A stretch of DNA of 64,000 nt. Source: Amphiscolops sp. MND2022 (lineage: Eukaryota). The DNA lies in the NCBI GenBank assembly GCA_964187785.1, contig OZ076409.1, positions 86,864,001-86,928,000 on the forward strand. The letters run 5' to 3'. The translations under genes were made by a program, and so were the position numbers. Each line of letters begins with the position of its first letter. Position 1 is the stretch's first letter. Below the pieces are notes generated by a model. It worked only from the letters and a program-made list of their open reading frames with translations. It was not told the origin of the DNA and ran no database searches. This document shows, piece by piece, positions 15,001 through 26,800 of this stretch.

Positions 15001-16406
15001 CCCCCTATATCACTCGTTACACTGCCCCCTAGAGAATGTTTGTGGCTCATTTATATTCATCTCCTATTTGCTAATCTCTCAAGGCTATTCTGTCAATCAA
15101 TTGATGTCGTCATAACTAACGACACTTTTTATCAAAATCACCACTCAGCCAATCAGAAGCGTTGTTAGATAAGAGCAGATCTGCGCTATTAGAATGTGCA
15201 ATACATGTATTTAATAGTGTTTCACTTTGTCCCCCCTTTTTGCTGTAGGGGGGACATAGTGAAAGAGATCCTCTTTTTCTACTGACAAAAGCGTTCACTA
15301 GCAAAAATGTGGAAGTTCAACTTCTTGGTACGATTTAATCGAATTTGGTTCAGGTGAAAAGTGATACCAGAAAATTGTATCAGCTTACCAAGCTTTGAAG
15401 ATACACGACAAGGTCCTGTACGAAAAAGACATCTTTCTCACTGAAGTTTCTGGGTTCCGACTTCATCCTGTGAGCTGAAATCATGGCCAGTCAGTTTAAA
15501 TTAATTAGATATACTGGAGCAAAGGGTTTTTAGCAACTTCACTAAAGAGTGACCAATGTGATGTGATTAAATAAATTCATTTGAAACCGAATTCGCCTTA
15601 TCTAAATTTTTGAAATGAAACTTTTTAAAAGTTTTTGAAACTGTCTGAATTAATCGTGAAATCTTTTTCCATAACAGAAAATAAACTTCTATTGGAATAA
15701 TTGTTGTTTGAACAAAACATTTTCCCCTGATTTTGCTTATGTATGTTCAAATTAACAGTTTTTTGTGACTCGAAAATTGAAGCTGCTGATTTCCTAATCA
15801 AGAGCCATAAGGACAAAGTTTATATCTGGATCTGAATTCTAAACTGTCACCTTGAAATTAAACTTAAAATTGAAGATTTCTGGTTTGGTTTTTTGGCTTT
15901 CTGTCCTAACATTTTCACTAAATTTCTGAAAAAAATTTGGTGGTGGGGAAACAGAAAAGTACCCCAAGTTCAATCAATAACAATCTGATAGAAGTCAATA
16001 TCTTGATTCGCAAAGTCAGAAAAATATCATTGTTGAAAAGTTTAAAAATGCATGTTTAAATCAGCAAAATTTAAATGAATTTTTAATTATTTACCGAGAG
16101 GCTTGAATTCATCCATATCGCTTACAATCATCATATCTTCTCATCTCTTACAAAAGATCAAACCAATTTCGGAAGATAAACAAAAAAACATTCAAAATTT
16201 AAAGATTCAGAGTCTACATTTGACTGTATTTATATGCATTCAAGTGTTCTGTTAGCATCACTGTCAAAAGATTTCCATGTTTTATGGATGACGTCATGAA
16301 AAGTGAAAAACTAACCTAGATGTTTGAGTTTATGTAACCCCGCGCTGACCTCTTCATCCTCTTCTGACCGATTAGAGCTCCTCGATTCTAGAATGACCCC
16401 AGCCAT
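1..16406 (-). CDS. CCDC175: Coiled-coil protein, CCDC175-like; 17 exons in window, 3' end beyond left edge
   Basis: Phase-consistent GT-AG exons: 16316-16406, 15389-15474, 14831-14942, 14642-14694, 13796-13878, 11095-11172, 10972-11026, 10166-10384, 9394-9585, 9084-9156, 7710-7884, 3113-3184, 2709-3002, 1735-2002, 893-1031, 737-816, <1(or 18)-134, giving about 730 aa without stops. Segments ETINASAIRYHLYFLPSQIQREIKASVRLARESN and HERHEDVVTHLNQTLQEKASKQILLNDT resemble the CCDC175 N-terminal region as I recall it; the rest is K/E-rich heptads. Gene structure is more certain than the name. Confidence 0.7.
1194..1560 (-). mobile_element. Degenerate HINE copy
   Basis: AACAAACCGGGAAGGACCAAA..GGCTCAAAA matches the reverse-complemented 3' end of the family. 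Confidence 0.5.
3782..5012 (-). mobile_element. Decayed retroelement (LTR/gag-like), second family, copy 1, in a CCDC175-like intron
   Basis: PSTRKQKTKEKRS..LMSDIVNMDVLLG..SQVSRKLNELKRDLNTQIL..KVLPAIQNTIG is homologous to the translation of 60470-60997. Confidence 0.5.
5309..5481. repeat. Small foldback MITE
   Basis: CAGGACTTTTCGCTTATGTAATTTC / GAAATTACATAGTGCGAAATGTCCTG, plus an inner IR TTCAACTGTTGCCATTTCAAC / GTTGAAATGGCAACGGTTGAA. Confidence 0.7.
7196..7691 (+). mobile_element. Helentron-associated non-autonomous element (HINE/DINE-1-like), complete copy
   Basis: T-run, 5' subTIR AGTCGGCGC, nearby partial IR CCGACT, internal TTTTCGGCACT(G/A)TGCGAC repeats, 3' subTIR GCGCCGACT, hairpin AGACG-TTCC-CGTCT, then TGTTT; no TSD. 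Confidence 0.75.
7933..8274. repeat. Foldback/MITE with about 77-bp inverted arms
   Basis: AACTTCGAATTTGCGTCC..GAAGAGAC (7933-8008) versus GTCTCTTC..GGACGCAAATTCGAAGTT (8199-8274). Confidence 0.8.
8399..8924 (-). mobile_element. HINE, complete copy (inverted relative to 7196-7691)
   Basis: Same termini on the - strand; hairpin AGCCG-TTCC-CGGCT. Confidence 0.75.
10711..10882. mobile_element. Tc1/mariner/pogo-type MITE
   Basis: TA|CAGTAGGGGG ... CCCCCTGCTG|TA with internal GTCGTTATA repeats. Confidence 0.7.
11279..13590. mobile_element. Second copy of the same hAT MITE, interrupted by a nested HINE insertion
   Basis: 11279-11355 matches the left end and 13200-13590 matches the right part (44820-45233) of the 44493 copy; TSD not conserved. 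Confidence 0.65.
14982..15271. mobile_element. MITE with 26-bp TIR and 8-bp TSD (Merlin-like signature)
   Basis: GGATCTCTTTCACTATGTCCCCCCTA ... TAGGGGGGACATAGTGAAAGAGATCC flanked by TCTTTTTC on both sides. GG termini plus an 8-bp TSD fit Merlin; the superfamily is inferred. Confidence 0.8.
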
Positions 16407-16919
16407 TTCAAGATATAATTATAAAATTGATAAAAAATAGTACAATTTGTAAACTAATGAATGTTATTGATTTACTGCGAGAGATCAGCTAGCACTGAGC
16501 TCAAACCCCCTATAAAAATTGAACACGACGACTAAATTTTTGCAGACTCAATGCTATATGCATTGCTCAATCAAGACCTAGCGTGCTATTAAACTGTTCA
16601 ATATATTTTTTCATTGCAAAAAATGCACGTGCGTCGAATGTTTGTTACATACAATCAACAAAACATAAAGCACACAAAGTATTTTGAGCAAAATACATCA
16701 TTACACGCTGACGAACGAAGCTGTTTTATGGTGGTATATACGTCATTCGAGGATAAGGCTCAATAACTAGAATATTTTATTGAATTTGCTCATTTTGTGA
16801 CATTTTCGTAATAAACTCAGAGTTCGCTACCGAATCCGGGAAGACTCAGTTTGACTGTTTTTTTATTCATGGATACAGCTGTTTCAAATTGACGAACCAG
16901 CCATTCTGATGCTTACACG
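16407..16919. promoter_or_regulatory. Probable bidirectional promoter / 5' UTR region
   Basis: 513 bp between divergent start codons with no recognisable transposon; TSSs unknown. Confidence 0.6.
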
Positions 16920-19900
16920 ATGGTGTGTCTGAGTCCCGACTTGATACTTCGGTATGCCAACAGTAAGGGCACGAAACTAAGAAGTGAAGACTCCACAGAA
17001 GTCTTCCTCAAGAAATTGACCCATCTCAACTTAACAGAAAAGGGAATCGATGAAATTGTAAGTATTTTGACTTCTTAGATTCAATATAAATATTTCATTT
17101 GTAAAAAATGTAGATTTTACCTTCAATTAGGCTCGTTACATTCATTTTCAAAAAAATCAAAGCTTTCGTCTGTTACGACCTTATCAACATCAATAATTGC
17201 ATCTGGAATTTGTTTCCCTAATAGGTCAGAATACTCCAATTCGAAAATACTCAACAATATGTCATCGTTTCTGTTTCATTATGTTTCGATTGATAATGCT
17301 CCAGAAGTAGGCTGTTTTCTGCCCCCCCCCCCAACTTTGCTTGAAAACTTTAGACTAGACTAATTAAAAGTAAAACCTTCTTTCGTAACAGGAAGTTAAC
17401 TTCTATTAGGTTAGTTTTCCGCTTGAACAAAACATTGTTCACACATTTTGACAATAATTATGTTCGTATTAAGTGTTTATTGATGATTCAAAACAGGAAG
17501 CTGTTGCTTTCTTCATCAAAAATGGGTGACTACATAGGGCAAAAGTGTGAACAAAGTTTGCATCCGAATCCTAAACTGTCACCCTGAAAATAAATTTATA
17601 ATTGAAACTTTTTGGTTGGTATTCAAGTCTTTTTGTAATCAGATTTTTATTATTTTTCCAAAAAAATTTTTTTGTGGTCGGGGGGAAAACAGAAAAGAGC
17701 CCAGAAGTATTATTTCGAATAATTTATTTCCTTACAGGGTGACATTTCAATCTGCAGCAATCTGTCAGTCATTTATTTGTACGACAATCAGTTGAGTTGC
17801 ATCGAGAACCTGAACTTCGCTGTTCATCTGACCCACCTCTACCTACAGAACAATTACATCGAAAGGCTGCAAGGACTCGCCAATTGCACCAACATCGAGA
17901 AACTGTAAGTCCACCCATTCACATCTCATTTTGATCGTTTTTGACTCAAGTTAGCTTCCAGTCAGAGGAACTTTTTCCTTTTCCCCACACTTTTCAAGTT
18001 ATTGTTTTTGCAATTAATTATACCAAAATCAAGTTTGTGAAGACAGCAAAACAAAGGAAGAGACTTATTTGAATAAATATTGAATGATATAGCCAAATAT
18101 AATCCTTTATGTTGAGTGAGTTTGTTTTCATTAAAAAGTGTGGGGGAAAAGGAAGAAACCCAGTGAGATCTTCTGTTATACTTGCCCTCTTTTACGGAAC
18201 TGCTCAGAACTCAATAGTCTCAAAAACAGACATCAACTTAACTGTTTTTTAGAACAAATGGGGCGCTGACAAGGGTCACTTCCGTTTTGCTGCCGCCCTA
18301 ATCGTATAGTTTGTATTGTATGTGTTCCTATATTGTGTATCAGGGTTATTTGTCAATTCCCAGCTGCAGCGCTCATTCATTCTCATTTGATGAGATTGGT
18401 TTGGCATCGTTCACTAGGTTTTTGAGTTGGGCTCGATTTCTCTCGATTTAATAGGAGCAGCTTGTACCGTAAATAGCGTACACCTATTTTTAGTTTGACT
18501 CATCAAAACAGATTTGCATGAAAATAAGTTGTATAATTTTTTTCTACAGCTTCAAACGTTCATTTGACAGACCAAAAGGTATATAATATTTGTTTTTGGC
18601 ACTGCTCTTTTTTCAAAGAATCTTTTCATATCATCCTTCGATTTTTATCTCTGGTTTTTCTGGTGAAACAAAATGTTTTGCTCCTCTGTTTTTTTTCAAA
18701 CTTCAATGAAAAACAGATGTTGATTATATTTAAACGACTTTACGTTTTCTTTTAACTTTAACTGGGTCAATTTGCGCTGTTCCCGACTCTTCAGTTGTTT
18801 GTTTTTCTTTTAGTTATTTAACGAACAACGCCATTGTGGTAGTGGAAGGACTACATACATTGGTCAACTTGAGAGAATTGTGTATAGACTGTCAGAACTT
18901 ACCTCCCGGAGAAAAACTCATCTTTGACCCGAGGACTCTTGTCAACATCTCCAGGACTCTGGAAGTGCTCAACGTGGCCGGAAACAGACTGGACACGGTA
19001 AAAGAACTGCGCTGCATGACTTCGTTGCGACAATTGAATATCAGCAATAACAAACTTGGTGCTATGAAGGAGCTGGCTGACACAATAGGTATTGAAACGT
19101 GACTGAATTTTTCCCACACAAGAAGCGCAGTGGCACTGCTACATTTTTGTATAGCGTTACTAGGGGCCTTCGGGAAAAATTCGACACTCAAAACTCAATT
19201 GTTTGAGAACGAAATAATCTCAACTAAAATGCGTCTACAGATCTGAAAACTAATTCACACATAACTGTAAATAAGGTTCTGAATGGCAATTCAATAATAA
19301 GTATTCATCCTAATGACTCAATTTGGAAACGTTATCAATTTGGATATACCGCGTTTTTGTCACAAAACAACCTTATTATAACTTGGAAACAATGGAAAGT
19401 TTGAGAACAAACAAAATAGATGGGACAAACGGCAAAAATTTGTATATAGCGCTTTCTTCAAGTCAATTTTATCCGAATTTGGTTCTATCATGATTCAGTT
19501 TTCAACTATCCAAATTCTGTTTTCTATTCAACTTTATTTGTTTTGATTGACATTTTACATATTAGGTTCCATGACATATCTCAATAAACTGGACTGCCAC
19601 GGGAACCCTTTGATGAAAAAAGCCAAATATCGTGACAGAGTCATCACAATGAACGAAAACATACGTTAGTACATTCTGTCGCGTTCATTATCTGACTCAT
19701 TTAAGTCTTCACCGTTTAATGCTTCGTTTGTCCTCTAGGAATCCTCGATGGGAAAGAAGTGCCCGAATCGCTGAAAACTTTTTTGAGGAACTGGAAAAGT
19801 GCAAAAGACAAGCAAAAGAAAATGCTGATTGATCAAGCTATGATCGATGGATTTCCAAGTAAGGATTTTGGCTCACAACTTCTATTGTGTTCCCCCATCA

Positions 19901-22494
19901 ACCCTGTATTGCGAAACATCCATCCCAAACGCCACACCTGAGATTTCCCGATTGCACAAATCACTGAAATTGTTGCAGTAGCCAACTTGCGCCCTGTTAA
20001 CTAAGGGTTTTGTTTCATACAAATACCGGAAATGTGTAATTTGGAACTCTGATATCTCAGCTCACTTTGAAAGCTTCTAGACTGTATCAATGGAATAAGT
20101 TTTACTACAAAATTTAATCGTACTCGGGCTCGGAATTGTCCTTGTTTGAGTTAAGTTTTCAGTTTTGGTTTAAGTTGGCTAAAAGGAAGTTGAAGTTTGT
20201 TTCGCCGTTGACCCTATAACTTCAACAAACCAAACAAAAAAATTATCACAAAATCGCATTGGGGTTTTTAAGAATTAGCTGAAATATGCAAGAAATTGAA
20301 AGTATGTAAAGTTCATATCGGTTGAAGTTTCAAGAATTTTTGTACTGGACCAATATCATGCAAAGTTTTTGGCAAGCGGTCATTAAATTTTGGCAAATGA
20401 TATTAGACTTGTAAAATTTTCCTGAAAGACTCGTTAATATTGATGAATTATTTTTTAAAATCTTACGAATAAATCTTGAGTCGTCTATCCATAACGAACG
20501 AAAGCTCTGCAACTCTCCTGAGAAAAACTTTGCTTAGCTTTGGCGTTTCTCCAAACTTGTTCATTTGAAACAAAAAACATTTTTTGGGATGTTTTGGTTT
20601 CTGGCATTAAAGCACAAGTGCTCAGAGGGACTTCACTTCTCTACAAATTTCTACAAATTTTTATGTTTCAAGACTGATTCAAGAGACTCGAGAGAATCCA
20701 TTTTGTAATACGATTTTTAGAAAAAAATTCGAAAATTAACCCTGAATGCCAACAAAAATCTATCATTCTCCAGTTTTGACCATATTGAGCAATTTTTGTT
20801 CAACTTTTGCATTTTTGGTGGAAAGACGAAAAAGTTAGCTCTCTAGCATACTTTTCCTAGAAAAAGTGTTTGCCGGAGTCCTTACGGTTTCTCAAGATTG
20901 TCCTTTTTTCTTTGATACCTTTTTCACTTCTTTGAATCTCATTGTCAGTGCCCTATTCAATGTTTCAAACGTGAAAGTTGAAATGAAAATCTGTCGGCGT
21001 CTAAAAGTTCTCGAGATCCCGCCAAGAAATCCGGATATAATATTTTCGCTAAGAAACCCAACTAAAATCACAGAAAGACCCCTCAAACGGGATCGCATCT
21101 GACAATCAGCGAGTATAATTGCATCTGGAATCCAAATATAAACCACAGATAATCAGTTCTATTGGATGTAATTCCAGGATTACCTTTACGCGCGCGATTG
21201 GGAATGACCGATAAGTCCCTTGGTCTTTGGTTGCTAGTGCTAGCTTCCAAGTTGTGCCGTCAGTATTTGGTTATTTTAAAGGCTGTTTCTTCCTGGATCA
21301 AACCGACGAACAATTATTAAGCCCTTCAGGAAAAATACCAAGTAATCTACAAAGGTACCATGTTTCATTTTATTTGTCAGAATCCAAACTTTAACTGCAT
21401 TTCGATAAGAAACGTTAAACCGATCTGATTATTTGCTCTTCAAACACAAAAACACAAACATAGGTATCTGTGCTTATCTAGGTAAAACTTATGCCACTAT
21501 TTTAGATCTTCCACCCTTGCAGAAAGTGCCCCCGAACCAGAAGTACAAAAATGGTTTTGCCAGTGAGACTTCGGCTGGGAAAGGCAATGAGAGGGGAAGC
21601 AGTTCCCAAGTGGCGCCACCCATAAAACGTGGTATGAGAAGTGGGCAGAAGGAGCTGGAACAGATTATGGCCAAATCCAGACATAGCAACATGGAAGATG
21701 AGTCATCGGACCAAATTCAGATGAACTCTAGGGGTGATATTGCGGGTATCAGCGGGGTCAGTGATGTCGAGGTGTCTCATGCTGTTGTCAATAATGACTC
21801 ACAGTAAGTTTACAAAACTTCAGAACCACACTTGTTTTTCATGCAAAATATTAAGGAGTACGATAGTTGCGGTAATTTTTTTTCAGACAGACAATTCACG
21901 TACGATACGCTGTCCAATTAATGCTTCAGTTTTCCAGATTCATTTTTAAATTTATTAATGTAAAATATTTCATGTTGGTTTTGTTTATTTGGTTTCCATA
22001 GACTATTTCCTATATTTGCTGGGTCATTAATTGCAGCAACAAATTGAGAATTATAAGAGTTGATTGTGCATATAGTATCCCTGTAAGATTCATAATGTTA
22101 CGTCATTTCGTAATGAGACAATTTGAACCGTCAGTTGGTTTCCTTCCATTTCAGGTTCGAAGAAATGCCTCTTCTCGCTCTTACAGATCCGCAAGGCTCC
22201 CATGATTCCAATTTTGCCAGACAGAAAACAAATGTTATGAACATAGAGGTGCGTACACCAGAGCTACAACGCAAATCCAGTGCCAAAAGCAACGCCAGTG
22301 CTCGTAAAGCTAGCGGGCAAATGGTACCGCTGAAGTCAAAGGTCATGGATTTGACCTCCTTGGGTAATGCCGCTGCCGGAAAACTTGGAGATTCCATGAG
22401 CTTGCGTGATGGTAACCACTCAAGCAGGCCTAGCTCGCGAGAAACAGTCATGGACGTGGGGTTTGACAAAGATGACGTGAAACTGAATTTATGA
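16920..22494 (+). CDS. PPP1R42: Protein phosphatase 1 regulatory subunit 42 (LRRC67/TLRR), SDS22-type LRR protein, about 486 aa
   Basis: Exons 16920-17057, 17738-17904, 18814-19088, 19566-19664, 19739-19858, 21482-21803, 22155-22494, all phase-consistent. Diagnostic segments: MVCLSPDLI..FLKKLTHLNLTEKGIDEI, NLSVIYLYDN, LTHLYLQNN, QNLPPGEKLIFDPRTL, LRR cap GNPLMKKAKYRDRVI..ILDGKEV..FLRNWKSAKD. Confidence 0.92.
17965..18160. repeat. Inverted-repeat MITE in PPP1R42 intron 2
   Basis: TTCCTTTTCCCCACACTTTT / AAAAGTGTGGGGGAAAAGGAA. Confidence 0.65.
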
Positions 22495-23029
22495 TATTCT
22501 TTTGTATGTGTATTTGTTTGTCTTGTGTATAATTTCAAATTTAAACTTTCCAGATTGCTTGAATGCCTTTAAAAGTAGGTTTTTAAAGATTGTTCACGAT
22601 ACTTCAGATTTTGGGACAGTTTCAAGTTCATTTAAGTTAAGTCATTCAAGTCAAGACTTAGAAAGTGAAAAATTAGAAAAGGTAGATTTTTGAATACTCT
22701 GACAGTGTTCTTGGTTGCCATATCTTTCGACTTTAACATTGGAAGAGTGCTTTAAAGCTCGTCATGACTTTAAGGCAATGTTACTTTTCGACGTTTGCTT
22801 TCGCTATTTTCGAACTCAGCTAGTAAAAATAGTAAATTCGATCTAGAAAATAATTTTTTCAATGAAAAAAATCTTTGAAATGCTTGATATTAAACAAAAT
22901 TGTTTTCAGTCAGCCGTTTTATTGTACAAAGGGTCACTATGCGTTTTCGGGAGTTTTGACAAGTGTAAGTCCCGTTCTGAGATGTTTTTTAAATTCCTGT
23001 AGATTACATGAACTCAATATGTACCTTCA

Positions 23030-23352
23030 TTTTTAGTCGGCGCATTTTCCTTTAAGGAAAAAAGCCCGACTATTACAGTGGCTAGTTTTTTTTTCGTCAG
23101 ACCACAGAGCTCATCGCGTATGTACCACTTTTTACAGAAACTGATAAGTTCACTCAGGCCAAGCTCCACCAATGCAAACTTACTGCAAAGGGTCCCCCCT
23201 TTCGTTTTTTACCTTTTTTACATAACCTACAAAACCGGAAGACTCCAAAGGGTCCAATGAAATTCTTTCAATTTTTTTTCGGCACTGTGCGAATTTTTTT
23301 TCGAAAATTTTTAATGTCTCAAACGAGTCCCGTCCCCCCTTCGGGTTTTTTT
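23030..23352 (+). mobile_element. HINE, 5' portion
   Basis: Closely similar to about 7196-7510. Confidence 0.7.
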
Positions 23353-23870
23353 CAACTTAAAAACTGACTTTCAACTTAAAATCTGGTGAACTTGAAACGC
23401 TTACAGCACCCAAAAGCCACAAAAAAGAGGTAGGTAGATGCAATGAGACACATTTTTACATGTCTTGTTGAATGGTTCGACTCGATCGACTGGAACTAGG
23501 TTTTCGGTCATTTCCCCTGAACAATTTACCCTGACCCGCATTAAGAAGCAGAAACATAACTCAACGTCAGTAAGTTGGAGCCTGCATTCCGACTACGGGC
23601 GCCAAAACCCAATGCCACACTATCAGATTTTGTTGACGAGAATCTTTGAAAAATTTATTTAAACTCAATTTTGAACTCAATTAGGATTTGTTTACATAAT
23701 CAGTTTCAGAAATTTGTCGACACTACTCAAATAGAACATGCAATAATTATTGATCAATTTCAAATATTAACATATGGTATCTGCACAAAAATGGTGACTA
23801 AAAATTCATAATTATTTGTTCAATAATATCTGCACGTAATGAGCAAACAAAATTTTAGGGTTTTATTAAG

Positions 23871-26800
23871 TTAACTCGAGCTCGGATTGGGAACTATTGA
23901 AACTGGTAGGTTGCTGTTATGAATGACGTAATCGCTAACAGAACCCAAAAATGTTCTCTTGATTTTACTCAAACCTCTTGTTCCAATGACTATGTGCTGT
24001 ATTTTATTGGACTTGACCCATCGACAGATTGCGCTTCCGGGATTCGAATCCACCACATGAACAAAATTGAACTCGTTCGCCGCAATTTCGTGTTCCTGTA
24101 AAATATTGGCGTAGGATTCCCGTAGTTCGTCGGTGTAACATGAGTCAGATCCGGATGCGCTACTTGTGACGATGTTGTCGAAATTGACTTGAGAGACGTC
24201 CATAGGTGCATCAATTGGTAGCGTGATACCACCTGCTGTTTTGGGTAGTACTTGCAGAAGATACAGTTGGTCTGTGGGTTTTCTGACGATCCCTGAAAAA
24301 ACTTTCGTTTCCACGGAGTTCAAACAAAAAAGAGCCAACCAAATGTTTCTGTGGTTTCTTTGATATTTGAATTCTTTTTGTAGAAATTGTAGAAAATTTT
24401 GAACAGTTTTCAGCGTGTTTTTACTCTTCACATTTGTTACTAGTTTGCATAGATAGCGAACACCGTTTTTGGAAGTTCTGTGATAAATTAATGTTGCAGA
24501 TTCGCTTTTATGTTGACCTAACTCCGGGAAAAGAATTAACAAGTTTTAAGTAAAACAGGCAGTTACAGAACTAGATAAATCTCATTGATATTAGTAAACG
24601 ATACTTCGCAGGAAAGATAAACCTGACACCCATCAACTGGGGCAGCTCCAGTCCTTCAGTTTTAGCACCAGACGATTGGAATAAGTTCTCGGGTTTACAC
24701 TTTGGAATTTGGTTGATATTTTTAGACAAGATGAACCCAAAAATCTTACGCTGGTATACAAAGGGTTGAAAAGTGAAACAATTGTTTTTTAGAATACTTT
24801 TGTAAAATAAGTATAAAGTTTCATTCAAAAACAAGGCCAAAAATCTTGAAATGTCACAATATTCAATTTTTAATAATTTTTAGGAAATTTATTTTGACAT
24901 TTCTAGGATTTTTTTGTGGGGATTTAGATCTAGAACCATTACAAAATAACAAATGCCTACGTAGCGTACTTTAGAAAGTGAAAGTTCATAAAGTCTGAAA
25001 CGAGAAAGACCAAATGAGCGGAAACAGAAAACGTTCCTGGTTTGTTGCCTTCAAATTACTATTTGTTGTCTGCCTTTTTGTTTTTCTGGTTACTTTTCCA
25101 GTAGCATATAGCTTTTTCAAAGTATATAGATGCTAAAATTTTTCATAGCGGAATATTTTTCGGTGCTTAGCGACTGTGTTGCTCCGTAAACCGTTTGAAT
25201 GTTGCCCCTTGAATGTTGTTCTCAGCAAGGAAACCCATTCTTCAAACATTCAAACCTTAATTCTTTTTTAAACTTTGTTAAAAGATTTCTAGATTTTAAA
25301 AGATTTCTTGATTTTATGTTGATAGTCTTTTCATCAGATTTTTCTGATGATTATTCGAACAAATAATCAAACTGAACCGAAGCTGGCATCTATTTTTATT
25401 TTTACCTTATCTTCTGGCATCTAATTTAATAAAATTATGAGGAGTTAAGACGATTCCAAACCGAATTAGTCTGATTGAAAATGTCAAAGTATTCAAGTTT
25501 TTGTCAAAAAATTATCAAAACAATTCCCAGAGAGATTTTTTTCTTCTCGTGCTGGCATTCCATCCCAAACGATTGGCGACTACCGGTGGAGGTAAGATTG
25601 AATCATCAGTCACTATTTCCACCAGCTTGCCTTTTTTCTTCAAAAAATCCAAAACAAAAAGAATTTTGGAATCTTATTAAAAAAGTACTTGATATAAATT
25701 TATTACTGAATCTCGAATGTTAAGGTGAATAGCTCTGTAGCATTCAGAAGCTTTTTGCACTACGTAAAATGAAGCTGCCCTTTTACAGGGCGACACTAGG
25801 CACCCGTAGGCAACACTACAGAGAAAATTAAGTTCAGTCAAATAAACAAAATATAAGGGCTGTTGTTGGCACAGACGTAAAATTGTAATGGCTGTTGTTA
25901 TGCTGGTTTGTGTTTTTTTTTGCAAAATCTTTTGGGTTCTCCATCTAATTGGGACATGATGCTGATCCTCAATGAGCAGCTGCTTCTCTGACTAATTTCT
26001 CCAATCATAACTTTTATGTTGTGTATCAGCCTCTCAGCTTCCGTTTTGTGTTTGAGTTCACTGATCTCATTTCACTTTCTTGAGATGACAAAATTCTATT
26101 CCTCTCACTACTTACGTTTTCACCATTTTGGGCAGATCCGACTCACGTATTTTCTGACGTGTCTTCTACTTGTATGTACAACTATTTCCAATGTATACGT
26201 CAAAACTTTCATAGTCGCACAAGATATCCATTTCAATCTGGCAAAAATCGTATGGGTTCTGAAAAAAACTTCCTAATTTGAGAGAGAGGGTGAATAAAGT
26301 GCACTAATTGATGCCGGGAGACTATTCAGAGCGTCGAAAGAATTCCATAGCAGCTTTTATTTTCAGGTGTTTATTTGAAGAGGTTAGCCTATTTGTTGTA
26401 TGGCTTGGTCGCTTCGCTCCCTTTGCCAAGTAGCAACATTGAGGCACGGTGATATTGAGGCAGGTCTCTTGCATTTAGCGCACAAGGGGTATGTGCACAT
26501 AGCTGACTTCCCATAGCTCCGAACATTCATAGCTTCAAAAACAATATCGAGTGTCATAACTCCGAAATCTAATTTTAATTATCTGGGTTAATAATGAATC
26601 GCAGTCGCAAGGTGTTTATTTAAAGGAATCACAGCGGCATTGACAGTACGGGGGAGATGAAAAACAGAGAACTTGCCAATATTTTGTCAACTTGCGCGGG
26701 TTTTGCGTGTGAAAATATTACGTTGGAAATTTCGGAGCTATGGCACTAGATTTTGAATTCGGAGCTTTGAATAGTCACCATAGCTGACTATGCTATCGTA

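Noticed and set aside
16407..16919. RFX X-box expected for ciliary genes
   Set aside because: I found no convincing GTTGCCATGGCAAC-like match by eye.
24293..24542. N-terminal part of the 223-aa ORF as part of the USP
   Set aside because: It is intronic; a strong acceptor at 24293-24300 and the true first exon at 28586-28670 complete the domain.
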